This document shows, piece after piece, positions 27,410 to 36,523 of a stretch of DNA of 49,044 nt. The number at the start of each line of letters is the position of its first letter. Within the stretch, counting starts at the first letter, position 1. Below the pieces are notes generated by a model. That model was given only the letters and a program-made list of their open reading frames with translations. It did no database searches and had not been told where the DNA came from. The stretch is from positions 1-49,044 of the forward strand of contig CAYGNU010000001.1 in NCBI GenBank assembly GCA_964351175.1. Reading direction: 5' to 3'. Position numbers and translations under genes: made by a program. The DNA is from an uncultured Roseivirgaceae bacterium. GTDB lineage: Bacteria > Bacteroidota > Bacteroidia > Cytophagales > Cyclobacteriaceae.

Positions 27410-27639
27410 GATTTGAATATTTTAGGTAATCTGTAAGATGTTTTGTCAGTTGCAGCGTTGTAAACTTTCTCAAAAGTGAAGTCAAAAGTTTCATTGTCCA
27501 TGATGAACAAAGCTGTTTTAAATCCTCCCATGTTTACAGCTAGTTTTTCAGTTTCTGAAAAAACACCTTCAATTACAGTTTTACTTGTCATTCCGTTTGC
27601 TGTTGCTACTGTTTCGATTTGTGTTTTTGTAGTTGTCAT
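27406..27639 (-). CDS. Hypothetical protein
   Basis: 77 aa behind the repeated promoter module. Confidence 0.65.
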   Translation of the reverse strand: MTTTKTQIETVATANGMTSKTVIEGVFSETEKLAVNMGGFKTALFIMDNETFDFTFEKVYNAATDKTSYRLPKIFKS

Positions 27640-27705
27640 GTTCGTTTCGTTTAATTATAAGGTAAAGATATAATTACCTTTCCTTTATTCCAAACAAAAC
27701 AGAAT
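27627..27705 (-). repeat. 79-bp promoter/leader module, copy 1
   Basis: 77/79 identical to 34340-34418; TTTG-N20-TATCTTTA, AAGGTAA-N8-TTACCTT, start codons MTTT. Confidence 0.9.
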
Positions 27706-27731
27706 TTATTTTCTGTTTTAATCTAAAATAT

Positions 27732-28145
27732 TCAAGGATTTGAAACGCTACGATAAAAACTCACACCATACTCATTGAAATCAAACGAATCTTTGACTTC
27801 ATTGTATTTTTCGACTAAAATATCTTTGTAATGCGAATTAATATTCTGAGTGGTGAACACTTTAGACATAATATCTAACTGCAATTGAAGCTCTGCGATT
27901 GCTTTGGTTACTTCTGAATTAGCCCTTACAGCCTCTAGACCAACCGTGTTCGTCCTGTGTTTTACTGCCATATCCAAATTTCCAGTCCTCTCGAACACAT
28001 CATTCAGCATTGAATTAAATGTGAATTCATCTTTAATGGCTGCTTTAGCTATAAGTGAGACCAATACATCTTTCAGCCTGCTTTCCACTTCCGGATACTC
28101 CATCATTAACCCGATAATCGGCTTTGATTCTGTTTTCTGTTTCAT
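27732..28145 (-). CDS. Hypothetical protein
   Basis: 137-aa ORF in the operon direction. Confidence 0.6.
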   Translation of the reverse strand: MKQKTESKPIIGLMMEYPEVESRLKDVLVSLIAKAAIKDEFTFNSMLNDVFERTGNLDMAVKHRTNTVGLEAVRANSEVTKAIAELQLQLDIMSKVFTTQNINSHYKDILVEKYNEVKDSFDFNEYGVSFYRSVSNP

Positions 28146-28162
28146 TTCTTTGCTCTTATTAG

Positions 28163-28450
28163 TTAAATTTCATAGAATTTATTCATCAGCTTGTTTATCG
28201 TATCAATCTTGAATATCATGTCGGTTTTAGATAGATACATTCCTTTGAATGTTTTGACAATGATTGCGTCTTTGTCTTTTGGCTTGTGGTCTGTTAAGAA
28301 GTACTGTCGGAAGGCAATCATTTGTTCTTTTGTGTCTGCGTCATATATTTGGGCGATGTATGACTTTGCTTTTATTCCTGACGTGGATATTGATTTCACG
28401 AATGTTGATTTCAGTTTAGCTCTGTTCATTTCGTTTTGTTTATGTCCCAC
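28163..28450 (-). CDS. Hypothetical protein
   Basis: 95-aa ORF. Confidence 0.55.
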   Translation of the reverse strand: MGHKQNEMNRAKLKSTFVKSISTSGIKAKSYIAQIYDADTKEQMIAFRQYFLTDHKPKDKDAIIVKTFKGMYLSKTDMIFKIDTINKLMNKFYEI

Positions 28451-28611
28451 ACAGTTAAATCAACATTCAATAATTCACACTTTTCGAATTGCTTCTTTAG
28501 GAGCTTTTTGAGTTTTCTTGGAATTCGTTTCATTGGATAAAATTTTGATGTGTTATTACTCATCTTTGCATTCTTGACATTGTATAGGACATCTTTCTTT
28601 TTGGACTTCAT
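28426..28611 (-). CDS. Hypothetical basic protein
   Basis: RIPRKLKK motif common in phage small ORFs; start uncertain. Confidence 0.45.
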   Translation of the reverse strand: MKSKKKDVLYNVKNAKMSNNTSKFYPMKRIPRKLKKLLKKQFEKCELLNVDLTVWDINKTK

Positions 28612-29077
28612 TCCAGTACCTATTACAGTAATATTTTTTCGGTTCTTGTTTTACGTACTCGAACGAATACGAACCAGACCATCCGACACTAATCAAATCA
28701 ACTTTATCCTTCGTATCAAAAAAAGGACTGTTTTTAACAACCTCCCATATTCTCAAAATTTTACCAGTTTTAAAGCCGAAAACTCTTTCGTGTCTTGGTT
28801 TTGGCTTTACTACTGTTTTAGACCTAAAATTAAAATCAGGGAAATGTCCTGTGATAATATCACCTATCAAGTAATCAGATCTAAACAATCTAGATGCATT
28901 AATGCCCTTCATTGTTGCATGGTTGTCATAAATGTTTATCACTAAATTACCCTCGTAATATTCGGCCTTTTGCATAGAGTATGATGTTTCGTGTTTATCA
29001 ACTTTACCCATAAACATGATGACTCTCATATTGACTTTGTCAATAATTACTCTTTCGCAACAATATTGATCTTCCAT
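28556..29077 (-). CDS. Hypothetical protein
   Basis: 173 aa, Cys-rich C-terminus. Confidence 0.55.
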   Translation of the reverse strand: MEDQYCCERVIIDKVNMRVIMFMGKVDKHETSYSMQKAEYYEGNLVINIYDNHATMKGINASRLFRSDYLIGDIITGHFPDFNFRSKTVVKPKPRHERVFGFKTGKILRIWEVVKNSPFFDTKDKVDLISVGWSGSYSFEYVKQEPKKYYCNRYWNEVQKERCPIQCQECKDE

Positions 29078-29215
29078 TTTCTTTTGTTTATTCCCACGAC
29101 TTAATTTTTTTACATCTTTAATCTAAAATACAAATTCCATTTTTCAGGAATGTGTATCCTCCTAAATCACGAAACCAACCGGTAAACTCTTTATCTCACC
29201 AAGAAGGCTGATATT

Positions 29216-29404
29216 TTATCGTGATTCTTTTAAAAGGTTATCGACTTCTTCGTCTGTGAAATCATGTATTGTTTCATAACCTTTTTTAAGGCCGTATTCA
29301 AGCACTTTCTTCGCTTCGGCTTTAGTCATACGTTCGCCCCTGTGTTCTAACGACCTGTAAGCTGTATTAAGCCGATTCAAGCATCCTTTTATGTCTGCGT
29401 TCAT
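29216..29404 (-). CDS. Hypothetical protein
   Basis: 62-aa ORF. Confidence 0.55.
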   Translation of the reverse strand: MNADIKGCLNRLNTAYRSLEHRGERMTKAEAKKVLEYGLKKGYETIHDFTDEEVDNLLKESR

Positions 29405-29660
29405 ATCTTGATTTGGTTACGGTTAAATCATTGATTTCAATTATATAATCAGGAAGCCAATGTGTCACGGCTTCACATCTGAATCTTAACCTGTTTTTTA
29501 CAGATTGAATTTCTGTTATTTCCTTTTTTAAATCAGGTGATGGACGTCTGTCATACTCGGCTTTTAATGCTTTGTACTTTGCTTGAGCTTTGTCAAATTC
29601 TACTTTCCTTTCTTTTGCTATAAGGATGTTCTCGTAATATTTATTCCCTTTAAACCTCAT
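29367..29660 (-). CDS. Hypothetical protein
   Basis: 97 aa, coupled to the RNase H gene. Confidence 0.55.
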   Translation of the reverse strand: MRFKGNKYYENILIAKERKVEFDKAQAKYKALKAEYDRRPSPDLKKEITEIQSVKNRLRFRCEAVTHWLPDYIIEINDLTVTKSRYERRHKRMLESA

Positions 29661-30100
29661 TTTGTGTGTTTTTTAGCTTCTCTATCACACCAGTCATTCA
29701 CCCAACTTCTAGCATCGTTTTTTCCTGTGTGAGCTTTGACGTGCCTGAATTCACAGAAATCTTTAACCATACCGAAATTTCCATTCTGCTTTTTTATGGC
29801 TTTTATTTTTCTGTGAATATATCTTCCTATATCAAATTTCGATTTTTCTTTGATATGCAAAATTGCCGGCTTGCAGTCTGTATTTATTATGATTTTAGTA
29901 ACCCCTTTATTCAGGTCTGAGCCTTTGAACATATACAAGGCGTTCGCTATCGCTTTCATCTCACAGTCTAATGATTTATCAGGGTTTTTAATTTTACCTG
30001 ATTTCAATATTTTACCATTATTGCAGACTATATAAAAAGCGTATCCACCTTTTTGATTATGGAAATTATAAGATGCGTCGGTGTTTATTGTTACTATCAT
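29657..30100 (-). CDS. Ribonuclease HI-like protein
   Basis: INTDAS, CEMKAIANAL, IINTDC, RHVKAH...NDWCDREAK. Confidence 0.88.
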   Translation of the reverse strand: MIVTINTDASYNFHNQKGGYAFYIVCNNGKILKSGKIKNPDKSLDCEMKAIANALYMFKGSDLNKGVTKIIINTDCKPAILHIKEKSKFDIGRYIHRKIKAIKKQNGNFGMVKDFCEFRHVKAHTGKNDARSWVNDWCDREAKKHTK

Positions 30101-30103
30101 TAT

Positions 30104-30121
30104 GGTAAAGATGTAATTACC
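30104..30121 (-). promoter_or_regulatory. GGTAA-N8-TTACC palindrome
   Basis: ggtaaagatgtaattacc, 3 nt upstream of the RNase H start. Confidence 0.5.
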
Positions 30122-30270
30122 TTTTATTAAAACCTAATTGAATAGAGGCTGTTTTGTTTGAGTTTAAAATTTCCTTTAATAAGTTGTTTTCACCCCAATG
30201 AGTTTCGATTATTTTATTTTCCTTATTCACCCACTCCCACTCTAGAGATATAGGGCTTGGATAAATGCCT

Positions 30271-30594
30271 CTAGAGTATGTCATCTAAAAAGTATTTAAC
30301 AACCGGCAAACAATTAGAGACTACTTTGTTGCATTCCTGAGGGGTGTTGGATTTTGCAACACCCCTTAATAATTTTAAAAAAGCAGCTTCGACCCTGTCC
30401 TGTTTATAAGAAAATTCATCAGTTATATTTTTGATATAAAGCTTCTTTAAGATGTTTTCATCATCTAATAAAGCGGAACATATCTTATTTATGCTTTCCC
30501 TTTCTGCAACTATACAATCGAATAAATTATCTGATTTGTTGTGCTTTGCCCAAATACTCTCTGTTAATTCTAACGACTTAGATATTAGTGTCAT
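30271..30594 (-). CDS. Hypothetical protein
   Basis: 107-aa ORF. Confidence 0.55.
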   Translation of the reverse strand: MTLISKSLELTESIWAKHNKSDNLFDCIVAERESINKICSALLDDENILKKLYIKNITDEFSYKQDRVEAAFLKLLRGVAKSNTPQECNKVVSNCLPVVKYFLDDIL

Positions 30595-30853
30595 GTAATG
30601 CTGATTTTATTAGTTCGTCTGCGTTTTTTGGGGCTCCTTCTTTCTGGAAAAACTCGCCCAACATTTCTTCCTCTTTTATACATCCCTTTAGAATTCCGTC
30701 GTGTTTGTTGGTGTAATTAATGAGCATCATCGCATACAATTCACTCACGGCCTCCATTCCATATTCTCTATCAATTATCCATGTTTTTGAACCCTGATGA
30801 AGTCTCACGTAACTACCCCTCTCCCATACTATATGACTTGATATTATAATCAT
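30578..30853 (-). CDS. Hypothetical protein
   Basis: 91-aa ORF. Confidence 0.55.
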   Translation of the reverse strand: MIIISSHIVWERGSYVRLHQGSKTWIIDREYGMEAVSELYAMMLINYTNKHDGILKGCIKEEEMLGEFFQKEGAPKNADELIKSALHDTNI

Positions 30854-32001
30854 GAGTACATTGGGACACCTGTCAATAATTTACCTCTGCTAAATATCCC
30901 CCAACCATTAAAAGCCTCTTTTATTTCTAAATCCTCAACACGACCAAATCTTTCGTAATTATTAACAATATCAAGCACGACACAAGCCTCTTTCGATGCG
31001 TGAGGCCTAACACCACGTCCAATCATTTGATAATACAGAGCGAGGCTTAATGTAGGCCGTGACAAAACAATTGTATCAAGCTCAGGGAAATCAAATCCAG
31101 TTGTTAACACCCCAACATTCACAACGCATTTAATTTCACCTGATTTAAACCTATTCAAAATATCCTCGCGGTCTTTTGCTTTGGTTTCGCTTGTTACAAT
31201 AGAACATCCAGTTTTTTCGACGACTACTTTGGCGTCATCTATTGTTTTCATAAAAACTAGAATATGTTTTTGTGAAGTCTGATTTATGAACCTAACTGTA
31301 AGTCCATTCACATCAGATAAATTCATAGCTCTTTTCATGCTAGAATCTGAGAATTCTGCTCCTGTTGAGTTTGGCTTTAGCGCATCCTTTCTGAACATTT
31401 TATTAACCCTGTAAATTATAGGGGAAAAATATCCATCAGCTGCTAAATCTGAGACTTGAGTTACATAACAGAAATTATGATAGCTTTTTGGGATTTGCCT
31501 GTTAAGCATATTCAATTGACTGTAATTTCCTTTAAAACCCGAGTAACTTTTGAGCCTGATTGGCGTTGCTGTAAATCCTAAATTGTTAAGACCTGTTTCA
31601 TTGAAGAATTTCTGATACATTGTTTCAGAATTTGGGTTAACCAAATGACACTCATCTATAATGCAGTATTTAAAATCCCTGAATAAATGGCTGTGTTTTA
31701 TGACGCTCCCTATTGTGGCATAGGTGACTTTACTGATCTTTTTTTGGTTTTTAGATGCTGAGAATATACTAGCGTAATTTCCATAAGAAATATATTTCGC
31801 GTAATTCTGTTCGAGTAATTCTTTAGACGGTTGAAATATTATAGTCGCTCCATCCAACCGGCTAACAATATCAGCGATTATCAAGCTTTTTCCTCCCCCT
31901 GTTGGTATTACAACGACTGAATTTCTGTTCTTAACTGTTGTTAGAAACTTTAATCCTGCATCGCTTGCTTCCTGCTGATATTTCCGTAAAGTGTACTTCA
32001 T
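30850..32001 (-). CDS. SF2 DExH helicase (RadD/UvsW-like)
   Basis: Likely start MKYTLRKYQ; PTGGGKS, IIDECH, TATP, LTTGFDFP, QMIGRGVR. Confidence 0.92.
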   Translation of the reverse strand: MKYTLRKYQQEASDAGLKFLTTVKNRNSVVVIPTGGGKSLIIADIVSRLDGATIIFQPSKELLEQNYAKYISYGNYASIFSASKNQKKISKVTYATIGSVIKHSHLFRDFKYCIIDECHLVNPNSETMYQKFFNETGLNNLGFTATPIRLKSYSGFKGNYSQLNMLNRQIPKSYHNFCYVTQVSDLAADGYFSPIIYRVNKMFRKDALKPNSTGAEFSDSSMKRAMNLSDVNGLTVRFINQTSQKHILVFMKTIDDAKVVVEKTGCSIVTSETKAKDREDILNRFKSGEIKCVVNVGVLTTGFDFPELDTIVLSRPTLSLALYYQMIGRGVRPHASKEACVVLDIVNNYERFGRVEDLEIKEAFNGWGIFSRGKLLTGVPMYS

Positions 32002-32675
32002 TATTTTAGCGATAAATTCAAGGCTGATTGGCCTGTCATTAGGCAATAGACATTCGCCTGAGTAAAGACATCAGCCTCACAGTATTCTGAAATACTCACA
32101 ATATCATCTTCTATAAAAAAATCATGAACACTTTTTTCGGCTGTGTGGATTTTGGGGTTTGGAAACCCGAAAACGGCTGCTAATACCTCAAGCGATGTTC
32201 CTCCTTTAAAACCACCACATCGCCAAATTTCAAGCGTGTCAAGGATGTGATTCATCTCCCACGGTTTACGTCCGTAAATCTCGAAAAAATGAGGTATTTT
32301 GGCGCAAATGATTGTCGCTCTTTTAATAATAAAGGGAATGTCAAATTCCTTTATATTGTGTCCGCTGCAAAATGAAATCCTCGGTGGGAGTTTGCTTAAA
32401 TCTCTTTCAAATTCTTCTAAGATTTTAAGCTCCTCACCGATGTATGATTTCAGCCTGAGTTCGTTGTTTGAAACCAAACCGACAGAAATGCAAACTACTC
32501 TAGAGTACTCAGGCAAAAGACCAATCATCGACCAATCTTCATCATCGTGTCTCTTAGACCATGCCTCAGCGAGTTGGGGTGCTTTAAGCGTCATTTCGAT
32601 AAAACTTTCCCATAAAGGGACAGTTTCAATATCGAAAAAACATATTTGTTCGGGCTTAATTCCTACTTTTATCAT
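32001..32675 (-). CDS. PolB-type 3'-5' exonuclease
   Basis: FDIETVP, GHNIKEFDIPFI, YCEADV. Confidence 0.88.
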   Translation of the reverse strand: MIKVGIKPEQICFFDIETVPLWESFIEMTLKAPQLAEAWSKRHDDEDWSMIGLLPEYSRVVCISVGLVSNNELRLKSYIGEELKILEEFERDLSKLPPRISFCSGHNIKEFDIPFIIKRATIICAKIPHFFEIYGRKPWEMNHILDTLEIWRCGGFKGGTSLEVLAAVFGFPNPKIHTAEKSVHDFFIEDDIVSISEYCEADVFTQANVYCLMTGQSALNLSLK

Positions 32676-32926
32676 TTTGCTTTTTTAAAGTTTATACAAC
32701 CAAAATCTCTTCCAAAGAATATTTCTGTTTTCTCAGTCATTACTAATTGAATTGTCATCCAATCGATAACAGGGTAATTAATCAAAGGAAAGGGATATTC
32801 GTTTTTTGGCCGTATTACTATTCCTTTGATGTGGTTTTTTGTCTGCGAAATTCTTTGGTTAGATTTTTCGCAAAGACCTTCCATTCCGTCAACCGATTTC
32901 CAGTATTTACAATTTCCGCAATTCAT
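32672..32926 (-). CDS. Hypothetical Cys-containing protein
   Basis: CGNCKYW...FGCINF. Confidence 0.6.
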   Translation of the reverse strand: MNCGNCKYWKSVDGMEGLCEKSNQRISQTKNHIKGIVIRPKNEYPFPLINYPVIDWMTIQLVMTEKTEIFFGRDFGCINFKKAK

Positions 32927-33159
32927 TTAAACGGATTTAAACTGGTGATAGTAATAGGAGGATGAGTGTTTCCTCTAACATAGAAATAAATGCATTCTGT
33001 TTTCTTAATCTCATTTAATTCTTGTTTGGTTAATTTCCATTTACTAAGAACGACAGGATATTTTCCATCTGTTGTTCTGCAAATTGGCAAATCAAAACAA
33101 TCTTCATTCTCACCTGCTTTGAGTACATCGTTTTGCTCGGGAAAATTTACTGCTTCCAT
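32923..33159 (-). CDS. Hypothetical protein
   Basis: FPEQN...DLP...SKWKLT..EL...THPP. Confidence 0.65.
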   Translation of the reverse strand: MEAVNFPEQNDVLKAGENEDCFDLPICRTTDGKYPVVLSKWKLTKQELNEIKKTECIYFYVRGNTHPPITITSLNPFK

Positions 33160-33383
33160 TTTGATTCAATTATGTTGATTAATCCTAGTTGGTCATAATA
33201 GATATCTGTGACAACTTTTCTTAAAACCTTAAAATCAATTTTAGAATCCCTGACAAAATAGTTTCGAGCTGAATCAATAGAATATTTTTTTTCTGGCTTG
33301 ACTATTTGATAATATCTGAAAGCGATATCACCCATTGTCATTCCTTTAGAAATATGCTTGTTAATATCTGTTACCTTTGACAT
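33147..33383 (-). CDS. Hypothetical protein
   Basis: 78-aa ORF. Confidence 0.5.
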   Translation of the reverse strand: MSKVTDINKHISKGMTMGDIAFRYYQIVKPEKKYSIDSARNYFVRDSKIDFKVLRKVVTDIYYDQLGLINIIESKWKQ

Positions 33384-33435
33384 CTACTTGTTTTAAATTG
33401 TAAATTAAAGGTAAAGATTTTATTATTAAAAATCC

Positions 33436-34005
33436 TTATGAAGTTACGTTTTTAGTGGATTCCTTCCCGTTTGATGGTAAACTTATAACAACCTGAGCGA
33501 CTTGTTTCTGGCTGTTGTCTTTCTCATAAATACCTGTGTGTTTTCCTAGTTGTTCTAGAGCGTGGGATTTGCTGTGAAACTTGTATTTCCTGTCTATTAC
33601 TGTAATTCCTGCATCATTATCCCTATGGATCTGACGCTCTGTTATTTCTGAAATAACAGCACTATCCTCAGGCGACATTTCTGATAAGTCTTTCAACCGG
33701 CTTGACATTTCACCTGTTTCCTTATTGTATGTTGTTTGCTTGATGTTGCGTGGATTAAAAAATGCAATCTTTGCGAGTTCCTCTATTACCTTATCTCCCG
33801 TGACTGAAGTTCTTGCATTTCTTTCGGCCGTTAAGAATTCGATGAAATCTTTTATTTTAGGCTCGTTGATTTTTTTGTGTGAATTTACAGAAGCCGTCGA
33901 GTAGTTTGTGGAATATCCTGCTCTGATATATGCTGCTGTCTGATTATAATCTACTATGTATTCATAGCAGAACCTCTTTTCTTGATGGCTTAATTCGTTT
34001 TTCAT
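33436..34005 (-). CDS. terS: Terminase small subunit
   Basis: LSHQEKRFCYEYIVDYNQTAAYIRAGYS...VIEELAKIAF...ALEQLGKHTG. Confidence 0.92.
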   Translation of the reverse strand: MKNELSHQEKRFCYEYIVDYNQTAAYIRAGYSTNYSTASVNSHKKINEPKIKDFIEFLTAERNARTSVTGDKVIEELAKIAFFNPRNIKQTTYNKETGEMSSRLKDLSEMSPEDSAVISEITERQIHRDNDAGITVIDRKYKFHSKSHALEQLGKHTGIYEKDNSQKQVAQVVISLPSNGKESTKNVTS

Positions 34006-34051
34006 GTTAACGTCTCTTATTAACTAATAAGGCAAATTAAAAGGAAAAATT

Positions 34052-34077
34052 AAGCCCTGCAAAATTCAGGGCTTTTT
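34052..34077. terminator. Intrinsic terminator
   Basis: aagccctg/cagggctt stem flanked by A/T runs. Confidence 0.6.
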
Positions 34078-34127
34078 ATTGTTATACATTCCCGTTTTTA
34101 CCATAAACAGAACAGCAACACTCTTTC

Positions 34128-34352
34128 TTAGATTATTATATTAGCTGCTTCATTAAATCTATCCATAGCCCTTTCAAGTGTATCAAAACACTCATCCGTA
34201 GAATCTCCAACATACGTAAATCTGAAATAATTGCCCCCCACTTCCACTCCGTTTATATTAAACGTATGAGTGTAAACCTGAGCCGTTTTGGTTTTGAAAT
34301 AACCACCCATGTTCATTTGTCCTGTTTTTGTTGCTAAAATTGTAGTTGTCAT
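34128..34352 (-). CDS. Hypothetical protein
   Basis: Likely start MTTTIL inside the repeated module. Confidence 0.65.
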   Translation of the reverse strand: MTTTILATKTGQMNMGGYFKTKTAQVYTHTFNINGVEVGGNYFRFTYVGDSTDECFDTLERAMDRFNEAANIII

Positions 34353-34418
34353 GTTCGTTTCGTTTAAATACAAGGTAAAGATATAATTACCTTTCCTTTA
34401 TTCCAAACAAAACAGAAT
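34340..34418 (-). repeat. 79-bp promoter/leader module, copy 2
   Basis: 77/79 identical to 27627-27705. Confidence 0.9.
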
Positions 34419-34437
34419 ATTTCTTTCGAATTAATTC

Positions 34438-34470
34438 AAAAAAATAACCTCCCCGTGAAGGGAGGCTATA
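34438..34470 (-). terminator. Intrinsic terminator after the GHKL gene
   Basis: cctccc/gggagg stem plus A-run. Confidence 0.65.
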
Positions 34471-34485
34471 AAACGAAAACGAAAA

Positions 34486-35805
34486 CTAAATTTTTACCCC
34501 TGCTTTATCTAGGAGTGCTCTTGTGTACAAATTTATAAAATGTTGCTGAAAGCTCCTTGTGCAATCGTTCATTCCGGTTTGAAAATGTTCGTTTTCCTCA
34601 ATCAGCATAGCGCAAAACTCGAACAACGATGAATCCTTCATCTTGTGGCTAATCATTATCTCTTTTGCGTCTGTGTTTACACGAGCTAAAGTTGATTTAT
34701 TTCCAAATTCACCGTAAACGAATTTTAATTCAGGGTGAATGAAATACCCTATATCTTCGAGAATTACAATCGCCTGACTGTTTTTCAATACAAGCTCATC
34801 GTCGATTATTTCATAAAACTCATTCGTTTTATCAGCAACTCTCAACGCTCCTATCCCTTTAAAGCTTTGCGTCAAAGCCTTATAAATGTTTTTAGGAACT
34901 TCAATTGTATGGCTTAAATCGATGTTGACCATTTTTGAAATGATGTTTTTCTTTGCTTCTGGATGAATTACTTTAGCGTTTCCGATAACAGTTTCCCACG
35001 CCTTATTCATTTTATCATAATCCCTCCAGTAAGTCAAATCAACACAGGCCTCAAACAACTCCCCATCGTTTTCGCTGCTTTTATTGATGTTTTCAAGGAA
35101 ATACTCAATTGTTTTTTCGTCTGATATTTTGAATATTATATCAGAAAAATCGCTTGATAAATTGCCTTTGTACTCGCGCATCTCATTGATTGACGCATTT
35201 TTGATGTCGTAGTTGAAAACAGCTTTTGTTCCCTCTTCTTCATGAATCAGAATACCATTTTTGTAAATCTTAAGGTTTCCTGATGTTGGATGCAAAGCGA
35301 ATTGCTCGTTTTCATACATAGGTATTCTTCCGACAATGAAATAATCTTTCCAATCATTGAACACCCTCATGAAATCAGGTGTCATCTCTATTGCGAAAAC
35401 TGTTTTGCCGGTGTGGTCTTGATTGTTTAATTCTTGCTCAGAAACAACACCATAAGAAGCACCTCCCTCATCTAAAGCGTTACTATAAAGCTCCCTGACA
35501 ATCATCCACGGCTTCCACTCTAGACCCATTTTATCGGTTATCGATGTTTTATGGCCGTCAATTGTTATGATTTTGAAAAGAGTTTCGCTGATGGTTTCTT
35601 CTTCACAGCCAATTTCAACAGATTTTCCATCTATGTTTACCAAGAAATCTATTTCATTCCTAATCATATAGGCTAAAACATATTTCAGCCCTGTTCCAAA
35701 CTGACCAATTTTCTTTGATTGGCCTGTTTTGGTTGTTCCTCCCATTAATCCAATCAATCGGATATCAAGAAGTCCTTCGTTTTCAATTTTCAAATAATTT
35801 TTCAT
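34486..35805 (-). CDS. GHKL-family ATPase protein
   Basis: IENEG, IGQFGTGLK, and RELYSNALD placed after them; C-terminal LIEENEH. Confidence 0.75.
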   Translation of the reverse strand: MKNYLKIENEGLLDIRLIGLMGGTTKTGQSKKIGQFGTGLKYVLAYMIRNEIDFLVNIDGKSVEIGCEEETISETLFKIITIDGHKTSITDKMGLEWKPWMIVRELYSNALDEGGASYGVVSEQELNNQDHTGKTVFAIEMTPDFMRVFNDWKDYFIVGRIPMYENEQFALHPTSGNLKIYKNGILIHEEEGTKAVFNYDIKNASINEMREYKGNLSSDFSDIIFKISDEKTIEYFLENINKSSENDGELFEACVDLTYWRDYDKMNKAWETVIGNAKVIHPEAKKNIISKMVNIDLSHTIEVPKNIYKALTQSFKGIGALRVADKTNEFYEIIDDELVLKNSQAIVILEDIGYFIHPELKFVYGEFGNKSTLARVNTDAKEIMISHKMKDSSLFEFCAMLIEENEHFQTGMNDCTRSFQQHFINLYTRALLDKAGVKI

Positions 35806-36029
35806 TTCGCTTTTTCGTTTTGTGTTATAAATCTGTTTAATTCGGGTTTACTAAATGTGAAAATATCATCATGCTTGCCTAAAAACATGATTAAATCTAT
35901 AACCGTTTTAAACTCGTAAAGAGTGACCCCTCCTTTAGAGCTATCGATTTTAGATGGAACATTGAAAGTCTTTATTACCGGCTGACCCGCAACTATTGCA
36001 GGGAAAACCATTAATTTATCAATCATCAA
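35802..36029 (-). CDS. Hypothetical protein
   Basis: 75-aa coupled ORF. Confidence 0.5.
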   Translation of the reverse strand: MMIDKLMVFPAIVAGQPVIKTFNVPSKIDSSKGGVTLYEFKTVIDLIMFLGKHDDIFTFSKPELNRFITQNEKAK

Positions 36030-36523
36030 AATAAAGATTTCTGTTCTTTTGGAAATTTATTGTGATACCTGAGAATCGAGATGTGTTCTGCTGATTCCGA
36101 TTTAATATCAGATAAATATTTCATCTTTATAACAGGCCAATAAACTATGATACCAGAGTGGGTAATTTCTTCTTTCGGGTAAACAATACCCTCAAACTCG
36201 AAAGACCTCATTAATTCTGATAAAGTGTTTGAATAAATGCTGTAAGCTGTTAAATCAAAAAACACAAGTAAAACATCATCGCAATTATTTAAAGCCTGCT
36301 TAATCTCAAGCTTTGCGATTTGTTCTTTGTTTTTTCCTGTGACGTTTATTCCTTTGATTAAGCTTGGTTTGATGTTTGCGCTTAAAATGTACTTTTTACC
36401 GTTAATTGAAACGACTGTTCCCCTTGCTTCGTCTTGCTCTATTTCGTATCCGTTTCGGATTAAAGCTTTTAGACATAATTCTTTGCCGTACTCATGAATC
36501 TTGTGATTGTTTTGACCTGACAT
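36026..36523 (-). CDS. Hypothetical protein, possibly a degenerate PD-(D/E)XK fold
   Basis: HEYGKELC...IKP...TG...LLVFFD. Confidence 0.5.
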   Translation of the reverse strand: MSGQNNHKIHEYGKELCLKALIRNGYEIEQDEARGTVVSINGKKYILSANIKPSLIKGINVTGKNKEQIAKLEIKQALNNCDDVLLVFFDLTAYSIYSNTLSELMRSFEFEGIVYPKEEITHSGIIVYWPVIKMKYLSDIKSESAEHISILRYHNKFPKEQKSLF

